Assembly (NCBI RefSeq): GCF_036365525.1
Contig: NW_027140645.1
Span: forward strand, 1-64,000
DNA from: Heterodontus francisci
Lineage: Eukaryota
Direction: 5' to 3'
Length of the DNA: 64,000 nucleotides
A model generated the notes under the pieces. That model searched no databases and was not told the origin of the DNA. It worked only from the letters and a program-made list of their open reading frames with translations. The first letter of the stretch is position 1. Each line of letters starts with the position of its first letter. The translations under genes were made by a program, and so were the position numbers. This document shows, one piece after another, positions 36,605 to 50,408 of this stretch.

Positions 36605-37489
36605 CTGGGGAGGAGATGTACAAACTTACACACTCAGCAAGTTTATTGCCGCTTCCCAAACACATGTGCCCCACTTTCCACTGTACCCGTCCAGGGGAGG
36701 GCAGCAACCCTTCTCCAATTCCTTTGCCGTTCTGTTAGTTTTCAGCTGTGCGCTGTTTGTGCTGGTTCTGCTCTACAATGCAGAGAGCCGATCACATAGA
36801 ATAGCGTAATGGCAGGGAGCAGCATACCAGTATTTACTGAAGCCAGCTCCCTTAACCTCAGGGTATGTTCTGAGAAACTACAGTTCCATTTCTCTATAGT
36901 GCTTCTCCAATAAGACCATTTATATAGACTGTAGGAGAATGACCCAACACCATTGCCACTTGGGCTGCAACAGTCAAGAAGGCTCACCACCACCATCTCA
37001 ATGGCAACTAGGGAGGGGCAATAAATACCAGCCTTGCCAGGGTCTCCCACATCCAGAGAATGAAGAGAAAAGATGCACATACCTCCCGCAGGCTGCAGTC
37101 CACCAACTCCACTTACAAAACCAACATTACTAGATTCACCCTCCCAAACATTTCTATGCCCAGCTTCAGTAGACGGGCAATAGGACATTTCTTCCCAAAT
37201 CTTTCACTAGCTGGTCACATAGGGACAGTTTCCTTTACACAAGTGGCCCCCACAAAAACCATGTGGCAAAATTATAATGTGACAAAATGTAAACAGTTCA
37301 ATTGTGTACCAAGTCTGGTTAGAACATAGAACAGTACAGCACAGTACAGGCCCTTCGGCCCTGGCGATAGCCCTTTCTGCCCTGGATTGTAGTGGGTTCA
37401 GATTGTTGGTTTTACATTGATTTTTCTTGTTCCAACTTAAAAATATGTATACAGGAAGTGCATTTATGAATTGAGTCAATTGCAAGAGA

Positions 37490-37915
37490 AAATTGGATTT
37501 ATACAGCACCTTTAACATAGTAAATCATTCCAGCACTTCACAAGAGCAATATCAGGCCATATAAAGAGATATTGGGACAGATGACCCAAGCTTGGTCAAA
37601 GTGGTAGGTTTTAAGTATCATCTGAAAAAAGACAGAAAAAAAAAAATGAGGGGTAGAGGTGGGAATTCAGAGATTAGGGCCTAGGCAGGTGAAGGTACAG
37701 CCACCAATGATAGAGCAATGAAAAAAAAAAAATCAGGAAGGCACAAGAGCCCAGAACTGGAGGAGCACAGAGATCTTGAAGTGTTGTAGGGCTGGAGGAG
37801 GTTGTAGGATTTGAAAACAAAGGATGAAAATTTTTGAAAGCGAGCCATTGCTGATGGAGCCAGCGTAAATCAGCGCTGACAGGGGTGATGGACGAACAGG
37901 ACTTGGTGCAAGTTC
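37490..37915 (-). mobile_element. L2 LINE 3' fragment
   Basis: Homologous to the L2 at 53780-55000; similar pieces at 32296-32450, 42400-42600, 47305-47660, 52130-52480. Confidence 0.7.
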
Positions 37916-38005
37916 AAAAGCTATTTCATTACCCATAATGCACTTTGGAACATGAAGTTGTGAAAGGCGTTACAGAAATGCAAATCTTCCTTTCTCACTT
38001 CTTAC

Positions 38006-38152
38006 CAATGACGTAAATCTTTCCTTGGAGGACACAGGCAGCTGAACCAGAGCGTGGAATCTGCATTGGAGCCACCTCGGACCAGGCATTGATTTTCGGG
38101 TTGTACACCTGAACCAGATCCATCCCGTCACCATCCTCCAACACAGCACCCC
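38006..38152 (-). CDS. Kelch-like gene exon (147 bp)
   Basis: GGAVLEDGDGMDLVQVYNPKINAWSEVAPMQIPRSGSAACVLQGKIYVI; tttgcag / gtaag. Confidence 0.93.
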
Positions 38153-38947
38153 CTGCAAAGTCAAACCTCATTAGCATTAGATTTCACCAACTTCCATAAA
38201 GCTTCAGGGCAACAAATTTGAATACTTTTTTTGCCATTTGTCATCATCTTTCCTTCCCTCCTCATCTGTCCCAAACGTACCCTCCAATGGTCCAACTCAC
38301 TACTGTGGACATTGATGCTATTCCTGCTTCAGCCAGTAGGAGTGCTCTCGAGCTTTCCTTACTCCACAAGCCTCAGGCCTCCAACGCTCTGAAGTCAAAA
38401 CTTGCCCAAAATCAGCAAATCAAATTCACAGGAGAGCTAGAATTCAAATGTGTCCTTGTCTGTTGGCCAAAGGTCATGAATGCAACCAGAGTTAAAGGCA
38501 GACAGAAGCTTCAAACATTAAAAGGTGAGCGATATTTAAATTCCCATGTTGTCCCTTTGCATTTACCTCTACTCTGTTCAGAGGCGGCAAAACATGGTTG
38601 ACAATTTGATAACAACCAACACTGGTCAACTGTGAAAAAGACAAGGCAGGAAACTGGTCCTTTTTGTAGGGGTGAATTTGCCCTAAGCATCCTTCAACCA
38701 GAACAGGGAAACAGTAGATCACGATTGTGGGAGCTTGCTGTGCACAATCTGGCTGTCACACTTCCAACATCACATCAGTGACTGGAGTTCAAAAGTATTT
38801 AATTAACTGCCAAGCATCTTGGGACTTCAAAAGGTCATGAAAGGTGCTAGATAAATGCAAGTCCTTTGTCTCTTAGAACCTCACAAGGCAGTTATAGTCA
38901 GTGCTGAGTCCAACAGGTATCCGGGACAGTATCACATTTTATTTTAC

Positions 38948-39124
38948 CTGCTACATACAGAAGTCCATGAAAAGCCACCACAGCCGGACTCGTCACTGCC
39001 ATCTTCATGGATTCCAAGAAGTGCCATGTGTTTGTGTGTAGATTGTAACATTCCACAGAATCCAGCCTCGATGATCCTTCCCATCCTCCCACTGCAAAAA
39101 CAAAGCCATCCAACATGGCAAGGC
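38948..39124 (-). CDS. Kelch-like gene exon (177 bp)
   Basis: GLAMLDGFVFAVGGWEGSSRLDSVECYNLHTNTWHFLESMKMAVTSPAVVAFHGLLYVA; long pyrimidine tract + ggcag acceptor, gtaaaa donor. Confidence 0.93.
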
Positions 39125-40474
39125 CTGCCAGAGGGGGGAGGGGAGGAAAAAAAAAAAAAAACTCAATTCAACTCCTCATTCCAAACTGTATTACCACCAA
39201 CAGAACTGTCCATACATCTAGAGAACACACATGGGGGAAACAATTAACTGGTATAGTGGATCATACGCTAGCCATTCACCTCCATTACCCAGATTCAAAA
39301 CCAGCCTGGCTGGGTATAATAGCATAGCATGCAAGTGAACTAATAATCTAGAAAATACACATTCAGATCCCACTATTGCAGTCTGAGAATTTGAAAATAA
39401 TCTGGAGTCAGTAAAAGTGACCATGAAGTTGCGGGATGGTCTCAAAAATCCAACTGTTCATTAATGTCCTTTAGAGAAGGAAATGTGCCATCATTACCCA
39501 TCTGTCCTATATTTGACTCCAGTCCAACCCAACTTGATTGACTCTTAACTCCCCCTTGAAGTGGCCCAGCAAGCCACTCAGTTGTATTAAACTGCTACAT
39601 GGAGCAGTTAAAGAACAAATCTCACCAGCAACTTCTCAGGACAACTCGGGATAGGCAATTAAAATACCAGCCTTGCTAACAGTGCCCACACCCTGACAAT
39701 CAATTATTAAAAAAGCCCAACTTAACGGAAGTCCCCCTGTGGGTTGGTGCCCATGTGGATTCAGCGTGACAATCAGTCTGTGTCATCAGAGCTAACAGCT
39801 CAATACACTAACTTGGAATGAGCTGACTAGCCACAGAATTGGAAATGGAAATGAGAGTGTTCCAATCCGGGGTGGGGGGGGGGTGGTGATGTTTGTGAGG
39901 CACATTACAGGCAGCTTTACACCATTCAGCAACACCTCACCTTGACCCCAAAATTCATACAAGTGTAACAAAAACACTGAAAATGACCCCCGTGTTTCGG
40001 ACCAGTTTGCTTTGTGCAGTCAACATTCCAAGAGGGGTTAGAAACCAATCTAACTGAATGTGACAATGGGGTTAGTATGGACTTAACCAACCGAGCCCAG
40101 CACGATGCCTGCTCCTAGATTCCAATATCTCAGCTGCTCTCTCTTTGCTGCAAAGAAAATCTAGGGAAGCTGATTAATATACACTCTCATGTTCTTACAT
40201 ATAAAAGAGGTTGCGAGAAACAGTATCTACAATATCTTTGAGAAGGGGAAGTAGATAGACATGAGAAAAAAGTTATGAGAATGAAAGCTGTTAGAGAACC
40301 AGAACAGACTCAATGGGCTGATTAGCTCCACAAAGTTTAATCAAAACTTTTTTGCAAAGACATTTGTTACAAACTCCAGGTCTGTTCTAGTTATTTCCTC
40401 TGGTTCGGCCTCACTATTGAGCAAGTTTGAGGTCTGCGGGCATCAAGGTTTTTTTGGGGTTTTTTTTTTTAATA

Positions 40475-40800
40475 AGAGATACAGCACTGAAACAGGCCCT
40501 TCGGCCCACCGAGTCTGTGCCGACCATCAACCACCCATTTACACTAATCCTACATTAATCCCATATTCCTACCACATCCCCACCTGTCTCTATATTTCCC
40601 TACCACCTACCTATTCTAGGGGCAATTTATAATGGCCAATTTACCTACCAACCTGCAAGTCTTTTGGCTTGTGGGAGGAAACCGGAGCACCCGGAGAAAA
40701 CCCACGGAGACACAGGGAGAACTTGCAAACTCCACACAGGCAGTACCCAGAATTGAACCCGGGTCGCTGGAGCTGTGAGGCTGCGGTGCTAACCACTGTG
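40475..40800 (-). mobile_element. V-SINE
   Basis: Consensus head, core and tail. Confidence 0.88.
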
Positions 40801-41931
40801 GAAAAGGTTGCCTCACTGGGATAAATCTTATATCAGAACACCTAGATCAGTTAGTACCAGCAACTTCAGATGCATGAAAAGAGACAGCTCAAAACGGGAG
40901 AGTCTTCCCCTCGTCTCCCCGGGAGAGACGCTCAGCGACACAAGGATGAGGAAATTGGGGACAAGCTGTGCAGTGAGCTATTCCTGCAGTGCCTGTTGCT
41001 GCCGATGAAGATTCTATCCTCCTGTACACCATCAGGGCAAACCTTGTAACGTGTCTAAAGATATGGGAACACCAGCAAGTGAATGGTGTCTGGTGAGCAA
41101 CCATTGTGTATAGGTTGTTCAAAACTTCCCTTCATTGCCCTGTAGGGTGCCCATCACACTCTGTCCTCGCTCTCACATCCCACTCCCCTGCACTCACACA
41201 TACCCTTAATATTTTTTAAATTGAAAATATTTACCAACTTTTAAAAAACTATTGTGGATTCTGCTTTCATCTGTTTTTGGTAGATCATTATCACTGCAGC
41301 CTCCGACTATCCTCCTCACTTCTAATGCAGAGACATAAACCCTGGGGTTGTGTTTGGGGCTGTCCACAGTTACTCTTTCAGTGAATTTGTTCTGTACGGA
41401 GGTCATGTCACTTGCACGTTGTCGAAGCTGCTGTCTAAGTCAATGATTAGCTCATTTACCTTTTGAGGACATTTCCTCCATCGAGGGGCCTGCTCCCCTC
41501 CTCCATCGGCACAGTCTGAAGGTGGACAGGTGACTTAACTATCACTTGGTGTTGGCCAGTTGTGGGTGGTCCCATCTACTCCATCACAGTTGCAGGTTTT
41601 AAACAGCTCACCCCAACACCTTGATAAGACATTCCACATTCTTTAAAAAAAAAACCCTCATGTCAAAAATCTTTCCCAGCCCCTGACCTTCACTCGCGAG
41701 GATAATGCCCACACATCTCACGATTGTGGAGCTGTGCTTGTCCTACAGGAGGCACAAGCTGAGGAAGGTCACTTTCACTCCAACACTCATAGATCACATC
41801 TACCAACGCAAACTAGCCAGAGTGTTGAGCAGTTCTGGGTGGGAATCAGAGCCAGACAACTTTTAAAGTGTCTAAAAAGAGGGAGGAGGGGCAGGGAAGG
41901 GGAAGAAAAGATTTTTGGTAAAGATGATTAC

Positions 41932-42060
41932 CTAGTTCAGATCGTGCCACGTTCATTGCTGCCATCTCGTGCCACATATCAAAACACGGGTCATAGCGCC
42001 ACATCTCTTTGCTCGCAGAACCATCAGGAAACTCCCCGCCGGCCAAGTAAAGGGTCGAAC
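41932..42060 (-). CDS. Kelch-like gene exon (129 bp)
   Basis: GSTLYLAGGEFPDGSASKEMWRYDPCFDMWHEMAAMNVARSEL; gagtag acceptor, gtaat donor, phase 1-1. Confidence 0.9.
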
Positions 42061-43558
42061 CTACTCAAAGAACTGGATTGTTATTGTTCAATCACCCAAC
42101 ATTTCAGACAAACTCATCCAGACACCCCCTGCCTGGATAAACTTACAAGCCCAGTATAAGGTGCAAGTCTTGCAGGTATTACAAACTCAAAAAAACAGGT
42201 AGAAAATTCCACATTATAGTTCAGGATCAGCATTTCTCCAGTTGCTCTCATAGCATCTGTTGGACTTGTACTCATTTCAAACACTGCACTTGTGTTCTTG
42301 ACAAAAGGGCAACTTTGATAGCAGACCAACATTTATATCTTGCGTGGACAGCACACTACAGGTTAATAATTCCCCACTGGTAATAGCATAATGCTCTGGA
42401 GCTCCCCCTAGAAATCCCTCCCTAAACCTCTCATCTCCTTTAAATTGCTCCATAAAACTAACTCTTTGTCCAAGCTTTTGGTCATCTGTCCTAATATCTC
42501 CTTAAGTGGCTCAGTGTCAAATTTTGCATGACGACACTCCTGTGAAGCATCTTGGGATGTTTTACTACATTAAGGTGCTATAGAAATGCAGTTGGTGGTT
42601 GGAGACCACAAGAGGGCTACCAACTGAACCAAGCTGGTAATGGATGGTACAGGATTACAGCAAGTGAGGAAGCAAAATAAGGCAATTAATGTTACAATGG
42701 GCTAGTATGGGTAGGTCAACAAGATAAGACAGTTAAACAGGAGTCTTTTTTAAACTATGCTGCTCCGCTCACATCCCTCGTGACCAATCTGTGTGTGTGA
42801 ACTTGGGGTATTACAGGATACTTGACTGTTGAGAAAGTGTTTGACTTGGAGGATTGCTCCCCTGGTATTTCTTACATTTTTACACTAATGTCTTTAGAGA
42901 AACTACTCACAGAGGCCATTGGAAAATATGAAGTGCACAGGAATGCGAGCAGCTGTTTTATTCAGCTGGCCCCGAATTTAACATCGGTCACTTAGTTTTT
43001 ATTGGCCCATTTCATTCATTCTTTCTCCTAAAGTATCTATGAACAGATCCAACTCTGTCAGACTGAGCGTAGAGACTGCATACTAAAACTACTCAGGACA
43101 ACCTTCAAACTTTAACACTCAATGATTTGCCATTAGAAGGTTCATGTACTCCAGAATTTAAAACAATAGGAAGGCAAATAAAGATTTTAAGCTACTGGTT
43201 ACACATGACAGCAGGAATAATCTTTAAGAGTGGAACTGTGGGACTGTAACCCCGAATAAGGAGCAGTCCACAGGACAGGAGGGGAGAAAGACAACATTCG
43301 AGATGCGGTGCGAGGGACAATTTTTCTCCATGAATCTTGGCAAACACCTGCAGTTGGTCCATTTAATAAGTTCGCCCCAGTCACTGTTCTTGACCCCATA
43401 CCTATATAAAATAAATTGTGGAGGGTATCACCTCCCTCAGTGTCCCTTAAAACGGTGCAGTGAAACCTCCAAGAGAGAACATTTAAAACTCATCTTGACT
43501 GAACATACTCGCACACTTCCTGTGATAAAAGAATGGTAAAAGTCCACACCAGCCATAC

Positions 43559-43705
43559 CTGATGCAACAAGTCCATGCTTACTAACAGCAAAGGGCAAAT
43601 AGGCGAGGCACTTCCACTGACGGCTAACAGGATCAAAGCTTTCCACACTGCGGAGAACCACTTTGTCATCTTCCCCTCCGACCGCAATTATTACCTCGGT
43701 TGTAC
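43559..43705 (-). CDS. Kelch-like gene exon, first kelch repeat (147 bp)
   Basis: GTTEVIIAVGGEDDKVVLRSVESFDPVSRQWKCLAYLPFAVSKHGLVAS; gttccag / gtatg. Confidence 0.93.
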
Positions 43706-43767
43706 CTGGAACAGCAAATGGCCAGCGCCATTTATAAACTTGTTAACTACCTAGAACTTGTACAAAG

Positions 43768-44175
43768 AATGACTTGTATTTCTATCGCTCCTTTTACAAC
43801 TTCAGGATATCCCAAAGCATTTCACAGCCAGTGAAATTTCTGAAGTGCAGTCACCATTGTAATGTCAAAAATGTGGCAGCTAATCTGGGCACAGCAAAAT
43901 CCCACTGACAGTCGCCTGGTGATCTGTTGGTGATGTTGGTTGTGGGATAAATATTGGCCCCAGGACACTGGTGAGAACTCCCCTGCTTTTCTCTGGATCG
44001 TGCCCCAGGGTCTTTTACATCCACCCAAGGGGGCAAACAGGGCCCCAGTTTAATACCTCTTCCAAAAGACGGCACCTCAGACAGTGCAGCACTCCCTCAG
44101 TATGGATTAGATTATGTGCTCAAGTAACTGGATTGGAATTCGAATCCACCCTAATGATTCAGAGGAGAGGGCTAG
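43768..44175 (-). mobile_element. Deu-domain SINE
   Basis: Reverse complement of the 44823-45201 element. Confidence 0.7.
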
Positions 44176-44822
44176 CCATCTAAACCACAGCTGGTATATC
44201 CCCTTTCACTGAGGTTTATCCATATAGAATCGGAGATAGGGTCCAATGTCAAAATGGAGAGGGGTGGGAGCGAGAAAGCAAAGGAGTATCCATTAACAGC
44301 TGACATGGTCAGGGACCCTCTCTCCACAATGTCCATGAAAGCAGGCTCAGGGTGCACAGTCTGTGCTCGTGTGAGAGACAGAGGCCACACAGGATGCATG
44401 TGAATCCTCTGTATCAGAGAGTACTGCCAAGTACATTTGGGCTGGATCCTAACTCATCTTGACTGATGAGAAGCACTAAGACAAGATAAAACCATAGCTA
44501 CAACTGGACAACACCCCGAGGGAGTGGCACGATTCTGCCAAGCAAATACCATTTGTTCCGTACTTTGAGCTCTTGCACTGGAATCAAGCTCTATGACAAA
44601 GAAAGGTCAAAATATAGAGGGTGTGGGAAGATCTGAGGAAGGAGGCGGCATACAAGTTATTTAGATTTGGGAAAAAGTTGTCAAGAATGTAACATTTGAA
44701 AAGGGGAATAAAGATGTTTGTAACTCAGCTGTGTTTAAATAATATGCCACCATTCATCTCTGGATGACAAAAAGTGCTCCCATGGTTTCTGTTTGCAACA
44801 TCCCAGAATCCTAATGCACGTT

Positions 44823-45201
44823 AGCCGTGGCTCAGTGAGTAATATTCTCGCCTCCCAGTCAGAAGGTTGTGGGTTCGAGTCCCATTCCAGAGACTTCAGC
44901 ATCCAGGCAGACACTGCCAGCGCAGTACTGAGGGAGTGTTACACTGTTGGAGGTGCCGTCTTTCAGAGGCGACATTAAAACCAAGGCTCCGTCTGCTCTT
45001 TCAGGTGGGCGTAAAAGATCCCATGGCACTATTTCAAAGAAGAGCAGGAGAGTTATCACGTGTTCCGGCCAACATTTATCCCTCATCACAAAAAAAAATT
45101 ATTTGGTCTTTTTCACATTGCTGTTTGTGGGATCTTGCTGTGTGCAAATTGGCTGCTGTGTTTCCTACAATACAACAGTGACTACACTTCAAAAAGTACT
45201 T
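44823..45201 (+). mobile_element. Deu-domain tRNA SINE, near full length
   Basis: A-box tggctcagtgag, B-box ggttcgagtccc, Deu core ggtgccgtctttc...aaaagatcccatggcactatttc. Confidence 0.75.
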
Positions 45202-45274
45202 TCGGACACCTCACGTTCCTGCTTTTAGAAGTGTCGAGTCACAGAACTGAACACCTGGTTGCTGCTGCACTCAC

Positions 45275-45461
45275 CAGTGGATCTGCGAGGACGAGTCCTG
45301 GAGCTAAAGAGTTCCCCACGTCTGTCTTGTAACAAGAGGTAGTCCTTGGCTTCGGAAATCAATCGCTGGCACGCAAGAGACTCCTGGACAATGCTCAGTG
45401 ACTCTATGATGTCATGGATGTAATACGGACTAATTAAGGGCAGACGAACGTGCTCCAAAAT
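45275..45461 (-). CDS. Kelch-like gene exon, BACK C-terminus/linker (187 bp)
   Basis: ILEHVRLPLISPYYIHDIIESLSIVQESLACQRLISEAKDYLLLQDRRGELFSSRTRPRRST; VRLPL and RTRPR motifs typical of KLHL proteins; tttcag / gtgag. Confidence 0.94.
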
Positions 45462-45574
45462 CTGAAAGCAGTTTAAAAAGTGTGACTGCAGTTTCCTATA
45501 CAAAAAGGAAAAGCTTGCCAAAAATGCACTGAACTGTCACCCCAGTCCCAGTTTGGAATGATAGATCATGCCAA

Positions 45575-46580
45575 CATACACATTAGGAGCAGGAGTAGGC
45601 CACTCGGCCCCTCGAACCTGCTCCACCATTCAGTATCGTGGCTGATCTGATTGTAATCTCAACTCCACATTCCCGCCTACCCCCAATAACATTTCACCCC
45701 CTTGCTTATCAGGAATCTATCTACCTCTGCCTTAAAAATATTCAAAGGCTCTGCTTCCACTGCCTTTTGAGGAAGAGAATTCCAAAGACACTCAACCCAC
45801 AGGGAAAAAAAAAAATTCTCATCTGTCTTAAATGGGTGACCCCGTATTTTTAAACAGTGACCCCTAGTTCCCGATTCTCCCACAAGCGGAAACATCCTTT
45901 CCACATCCACCCTGTCAAGATCCCTCAGGATCTTATGTTTCAATCAAGTTATCTCTTACTCTTCTAAACGCCAGCGAATACAAGCCCAGCCTGTCCAACC
46001 TTTCCTCATAGGACAACCTGCCCCTTCCAGATATTAGTCTAGTAAACCTTCTCTGAACTGCTTCCAACGCATGTGGAAGGAAGGGTCAGGTTCTAAGATC
46101 GAAAGAAATAGGAGCAGGGGGTAGGCCACTCGGCCCCTTGAGCCTCTTCCACCATTTGAAAAGATTATGGTTGATCAGATTGTGGCCTTAACTCAAGATT
46201 TAATAGAGGTATTTAAAATCATGAGGGGTCTGGACAGAGTAGATAGAGAGAAACTGTTCCCACTCATGAAAGGATTGAGGACGAGAGGGAACAGATTTAA
46301 AGTATTTGGTAAGAGAAGCAAAAGTGACATGAGGAAAAACTTTTTCACACAGCGAGTGGTTAAGCTCTGGAATGTGCTGCCTGAGAACGTGGTGGAGGCA
46401 GATTCAACTGAAGCATTCAAAAGGGAATTAGACTGTTATATGAAAAAGGAAGAATGTGCAGGGTTATGGGGAGACGGCAGGGGAATGGAACTCAGTGAAA
46501 TGCTCATTAGGAGAGCCGGTGCAGACACGATGGGCCGAATGGCCTCCTTCCGCCCTGTAACAATTCTGTGATTCTGTGAA
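45575..46580. mobile_element. CR1 3' fragments (minus 45575-46070; plus 46195-46580)
   Basis: LDRVDVERMFPLVGES and DLIEVFKIMRGLDRVD ORF pieces. Confidence 0.85.
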
Positions 46581-48339
46581 TTAAACCTCCCATGACTCTG
46601 CTCGGGCACAATGGGCTGAATGACATTGGCTGTATCACTCAGTGACCCTGTTCACAGTTAGGAGGCGTAGAGGCAATTTAACTGTTTGTTGTAACCGGTA
46701 GAGAAGGATTTCAGTGCCACCTCTAAAGGCAAGATCAGCAGATCTCAAAAGGATTGTGGATGTGATATTATTAAATGAACAATTTTATGTCCAGCAATTT
46801 CCACAAGATGATTTAATCAGGCCGTCAGGCTCACAGTTTAAACATGGTGACGGTGGAGTGAAAAATTACTGGACTGAGAACCATCTCCATTTCAATTCCA
46901 AAATCCTATATTGACTTGGCTACTCTAATGCTCACAGTCTCCACTGGCACCAGACACTGTTCCTGCCTCCATCTGCACCAGTGATATTGTTGGCACAACC
47001 AGTCATCTTTCTGCTGAGGGATGGGAGCACACTGACTAGAGAGAGGGTTTGTGGAAGGAAAGCAATGCAAGGACAGAACACAAGTAAATTAAGAGAATCT
47101 TGGAACCATACCAAAAACAGACACTTGGGATTGCTTCATTATACAAGGCAAGGGGGGGGTGGGGAAGAGACACAGCTGTACATTAGAAACAGTCACAAAA
47201 GATTCCCAGTTTAAAACACAAACTTGGTTGCTCAGAGAGGTTTAAAAATCTGGGCCTATTTCACTTCAGGTGAATTGATAGAGGTTTATAAAATAGTTAA
47301 AACAAAACTTGCATTTATATAGCACCTTCAACATTGTAAAAACATCACAAAGCACTTCACAAGCATTTCTGACAGAGGAGATATCAGGGCAGGTGGCCAA
47401 AAGATTGGTCAGAGATAAATTTACAGAACATCCTGAAAGGAGGAGAGGGGTGGAGAGGTTTAGGGAGGGAATTCAAGCTTGGGGCCCTGGGCAGCTGAAG
47501 GCACGGCTACCAATGGTGGAGTGAAGAAGATTGGGGACGCACAGATACCAGAATTAGAGGAGTGCAGTGGGGCCGGAGGAGATGAGAGAGGTAGGGAGGG
47601 GCGGGGCCATGAGGGATCTGAAAACAATGATGAGAATTTTTAAATTGTGGTGTTGCTGGACTGGGAGATTTATAAAGAAAAGACAGAACCAGTGAAATGG
47701 CAGAGCAGGTTTGATGAGCTTTTCCTGCTGGAAGTTAATCTACAAACAATTTATTCAGGATCAAAATACTGTGAGGAAAGAAATTGCAGGGATATGGGTA
47801 AAGAGCAGGTGAGTGACACGAGCTGCACTGCTCTTTGAAAGAGCTGGTGCAGACTCGATGGGCCGAACTGCCTCCTTATCTGCTGTACAAGTCTCTGATT
47901 CTATATGAAATTGCTAGCACCGTGCACACCATAAAGAATTAACATACACAGAAATTATAACATAGAAACAGGCCATTTTGGCTCCTCAACCTGTGTTGGT
48001 GTTTATCCCCCACACGAGTAATATCCTAATCCCATGTGCCTATTGTCATATCCCTTTATCCCACTTTCCTTCAATCAAGTATCTAACCTCATCTTAAACG
48101 TTGGCCTGGCCCCTCATTCGATCACTAACTCCAGGAGTGCAGTTAATAACCCCACAACCCAGTGTGGAGAGAAAAAAAAAATAAAGTTTCTTCTTCTCTG
48201 TTCCAAAGCTTTTACATTTAATCTCCACCCTTAACCCCAACCACTGCTTTTATCAAATCCATCCCAGCAGTCTAAACGTCAAACACCTCCATTTTCAGGT
48301 CACTATGGGGAGGCAGCAGAACACAAGAATGTCCTTTAC

Positions 48340-49014
48340 CTTCTCAAAGTTCTGTTTTCTCGAGTGATCCTTTTCCAACCAGAGGACAACAGCCTCGAAG
48401 ACCATCTCCTCCGTGGTGATACTCAGCTCGTCGCTGGCGATAATTTCCGTCAGCTTCTCTGCCGACAGCGAGAGGAACTCCTCCTGCATGTGAACCACAC
48501 TGAAATGCTGCAGGATGTAGTCCAGGCTTTTGGTTTGCAGCTCCACGCAGGAGTGGGCCTCAGCGAAGCAGTGGATGCCCACACAGTTTGTCTCTTCCAT
48601 CTGCCGCTCCATGAACTTACAGCAGGCTTCCCGTACAGGCATGATGTCCAACAGGTTGGCAGCTGCCAGCAAGGCCTGGACATTGGCTCGTGTGATGAGC
48701 ACACGGGCTGTATAGGAATAGGCCACCAACAACCCCACCATCTGTGGCTCGACACCATTTATCGCCACCCGCTCCTGCCGGGACTCAACCAGGTCTGTGG
48801 AAAACATGGCCCTGAAGTAGGAACTGAAGGAGGCGAGAACGATGCGATGACAGGGGAATTCCTGACCGTCACAACACAGAATAACATCACAGAAAGCGTT
48901 GTTCAGTCGCAAGCTGTTGAGTCCATCCAGAACTTTGCTGGAATGCTCTGATTCGAGAAATAAGTAGTCCTCACACTCTAATTGGTTCCGAGTGTCCTCA
49001 GTGAGCAGTTCCAT
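48340..49014 (-). CDS. Kelch-like (BTB-BACK-Kelch, Cullin3 adaptor family) gene, BTB/BACK exon from ATG; exon acceptor at 49039
   Basis: FCDVILCCDGQEFPCHRIVLASFSSYFRAMF (BTB) and NCVGIHCFAEAHSC...EEMVFEAVVLW (BACK); summed exons 675+187+147+129+177+147+166+160 = 1788 nt = 595 aa + stop. Confidence 0.95.
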
Positions 49015-49420
49015 ATTACCCTCCTCCCAAAAATTACCCCTGTCAAATACAAGGGGACACATTAATTTATAAAAAGCCAACCCATCTCCCTTTGGCAAAG
49101 CTCACACCAGAGGATACAGGGTCAAGTAACACCTCATAGAATCTTACAGCAGGGCAGGCCATTCAGCCCATCCTGCTTCTTTGAAAGAGAGAGTCTGGGT
49201 ATGGTGTATTCTGCTGCCAACAGCCAGTAGAGTCTAATATAATTCCTTAACTCACTGGTAGCACCCTCACCTCAGACTGTGAAAGTCATAGGTTCAAATC
49301 CCACTCCAAGACTTCAGTGTATAATCCAGAGCAGTGCGCTGGGGCAGATAAGGTGTTAAACCAAGGCCCCAACTGCCCCTCGGGTGGATTTAAAAGATCT
49401 CATGGCCACTCATGCCACAT

Positions 49421-49731
49421 CGGGCGGCACAGTGGCGCAGTGGTTAGCACCGCAGCCTCACAGCTCCAGTGACCCAGGTTCGGTTCTGGGTACTGCCTGT
49501 GCGGAGTTTGCAAGTTCTCCCTGTGACCGCGTGGGTTTCCGCCGGGTGCTCCGGTTTCCTCCCACAGCCAAAGACTTGTAAATTGACTGTTGTAAATTGC
49601 CCCTAGTGTAGGTCGGTGGTAGGAGAATGGTGGGGATGTGGTAGGGAATGTAGGATTAGTATAAATGGGTGGTTGTTTGGTCAGCACAGACTCGGTGGGT
49701 CGAAGGGCCTGTTTCAGTGCTGTATCTCTCT
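49421..49731 (+). mobile_element. V-SINE nested in a Deu-SINE (about 49250-49900)
   Basis: Deu core taaaagatctcatggc...|...aagagcagcaggtgagttctccc is interrupted. Confidence 0.85.
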
Positions 49732-50408
49732 GACTATCCCAAGAGCAGCAGGTGAGTTCTCCCTGCACTCTTTGACTAATATTTATCCCTCAACTGAAAA
49801 CAGATTACCTGCTCATTATCACATTGCTGTTTGTGGGAGCTTGCTGTGCGCAACTTGGCTACTGTTTACTACATTGTAGTGACTGCACTTCAAAAAGTAC
49901 ACCATGGCTGCAAGGTCATGAAGGATTCTGTACAAAATATCAGTGCCTTCGTGATCATGAGCTTTAACATTAACTCTGTTTGTCTCCTCACAGATGCTGC
50001 CTGACCTGTTGAATATTTCCAATATTTTCTGTTTGTATTTTTAGATTTCCAGCATCTGCAGTATTTTGCCTTTGTACTAGTGAACATGTCAACGTGAGAG
50101 AGACTTTTGGATATATTGCAACTGACAAAACAAAAGTGTAACCAACAGTGCAAGGGAAAGAGCAGAGAGTGGGACTAATTAGATAGCTCTTTCAAACACC
50201 TGGCAAAGGCATGATGGGTCGAATGGCCTCCTTCTGTGCTACAAGAGTCTACAAAATCAGCAAACGTAAGCTTAGATCAGAATTTTGGGTTTAGTCGCTG
50301 TTGGCATTTGCAATTTTTAAACGCCAGTCAAGAGGGAGCAGCTAGTAATGCTGACTGTCCCCCAACAGCAAGAACTGGCTTGCTATATCCAATTTAAAAA
50401 ACTTTCTG

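Noticed and set aside
41206-41406. Extra kelch-gene exon (ORF with a gtaaat donor)
   Set aside because: No kelch similarity; the flanking exons already join in phase to give complete repeats
48364-48951. 195-aa plus-strand ORF
   Set aside because: Antisense shadow of the BTB exon
49421-49490. tRNA genes (also at the heads of other SINE copies)
   Set aside because: The A/B-box heads run directly into SINE cores and lack a complete cloverleaf
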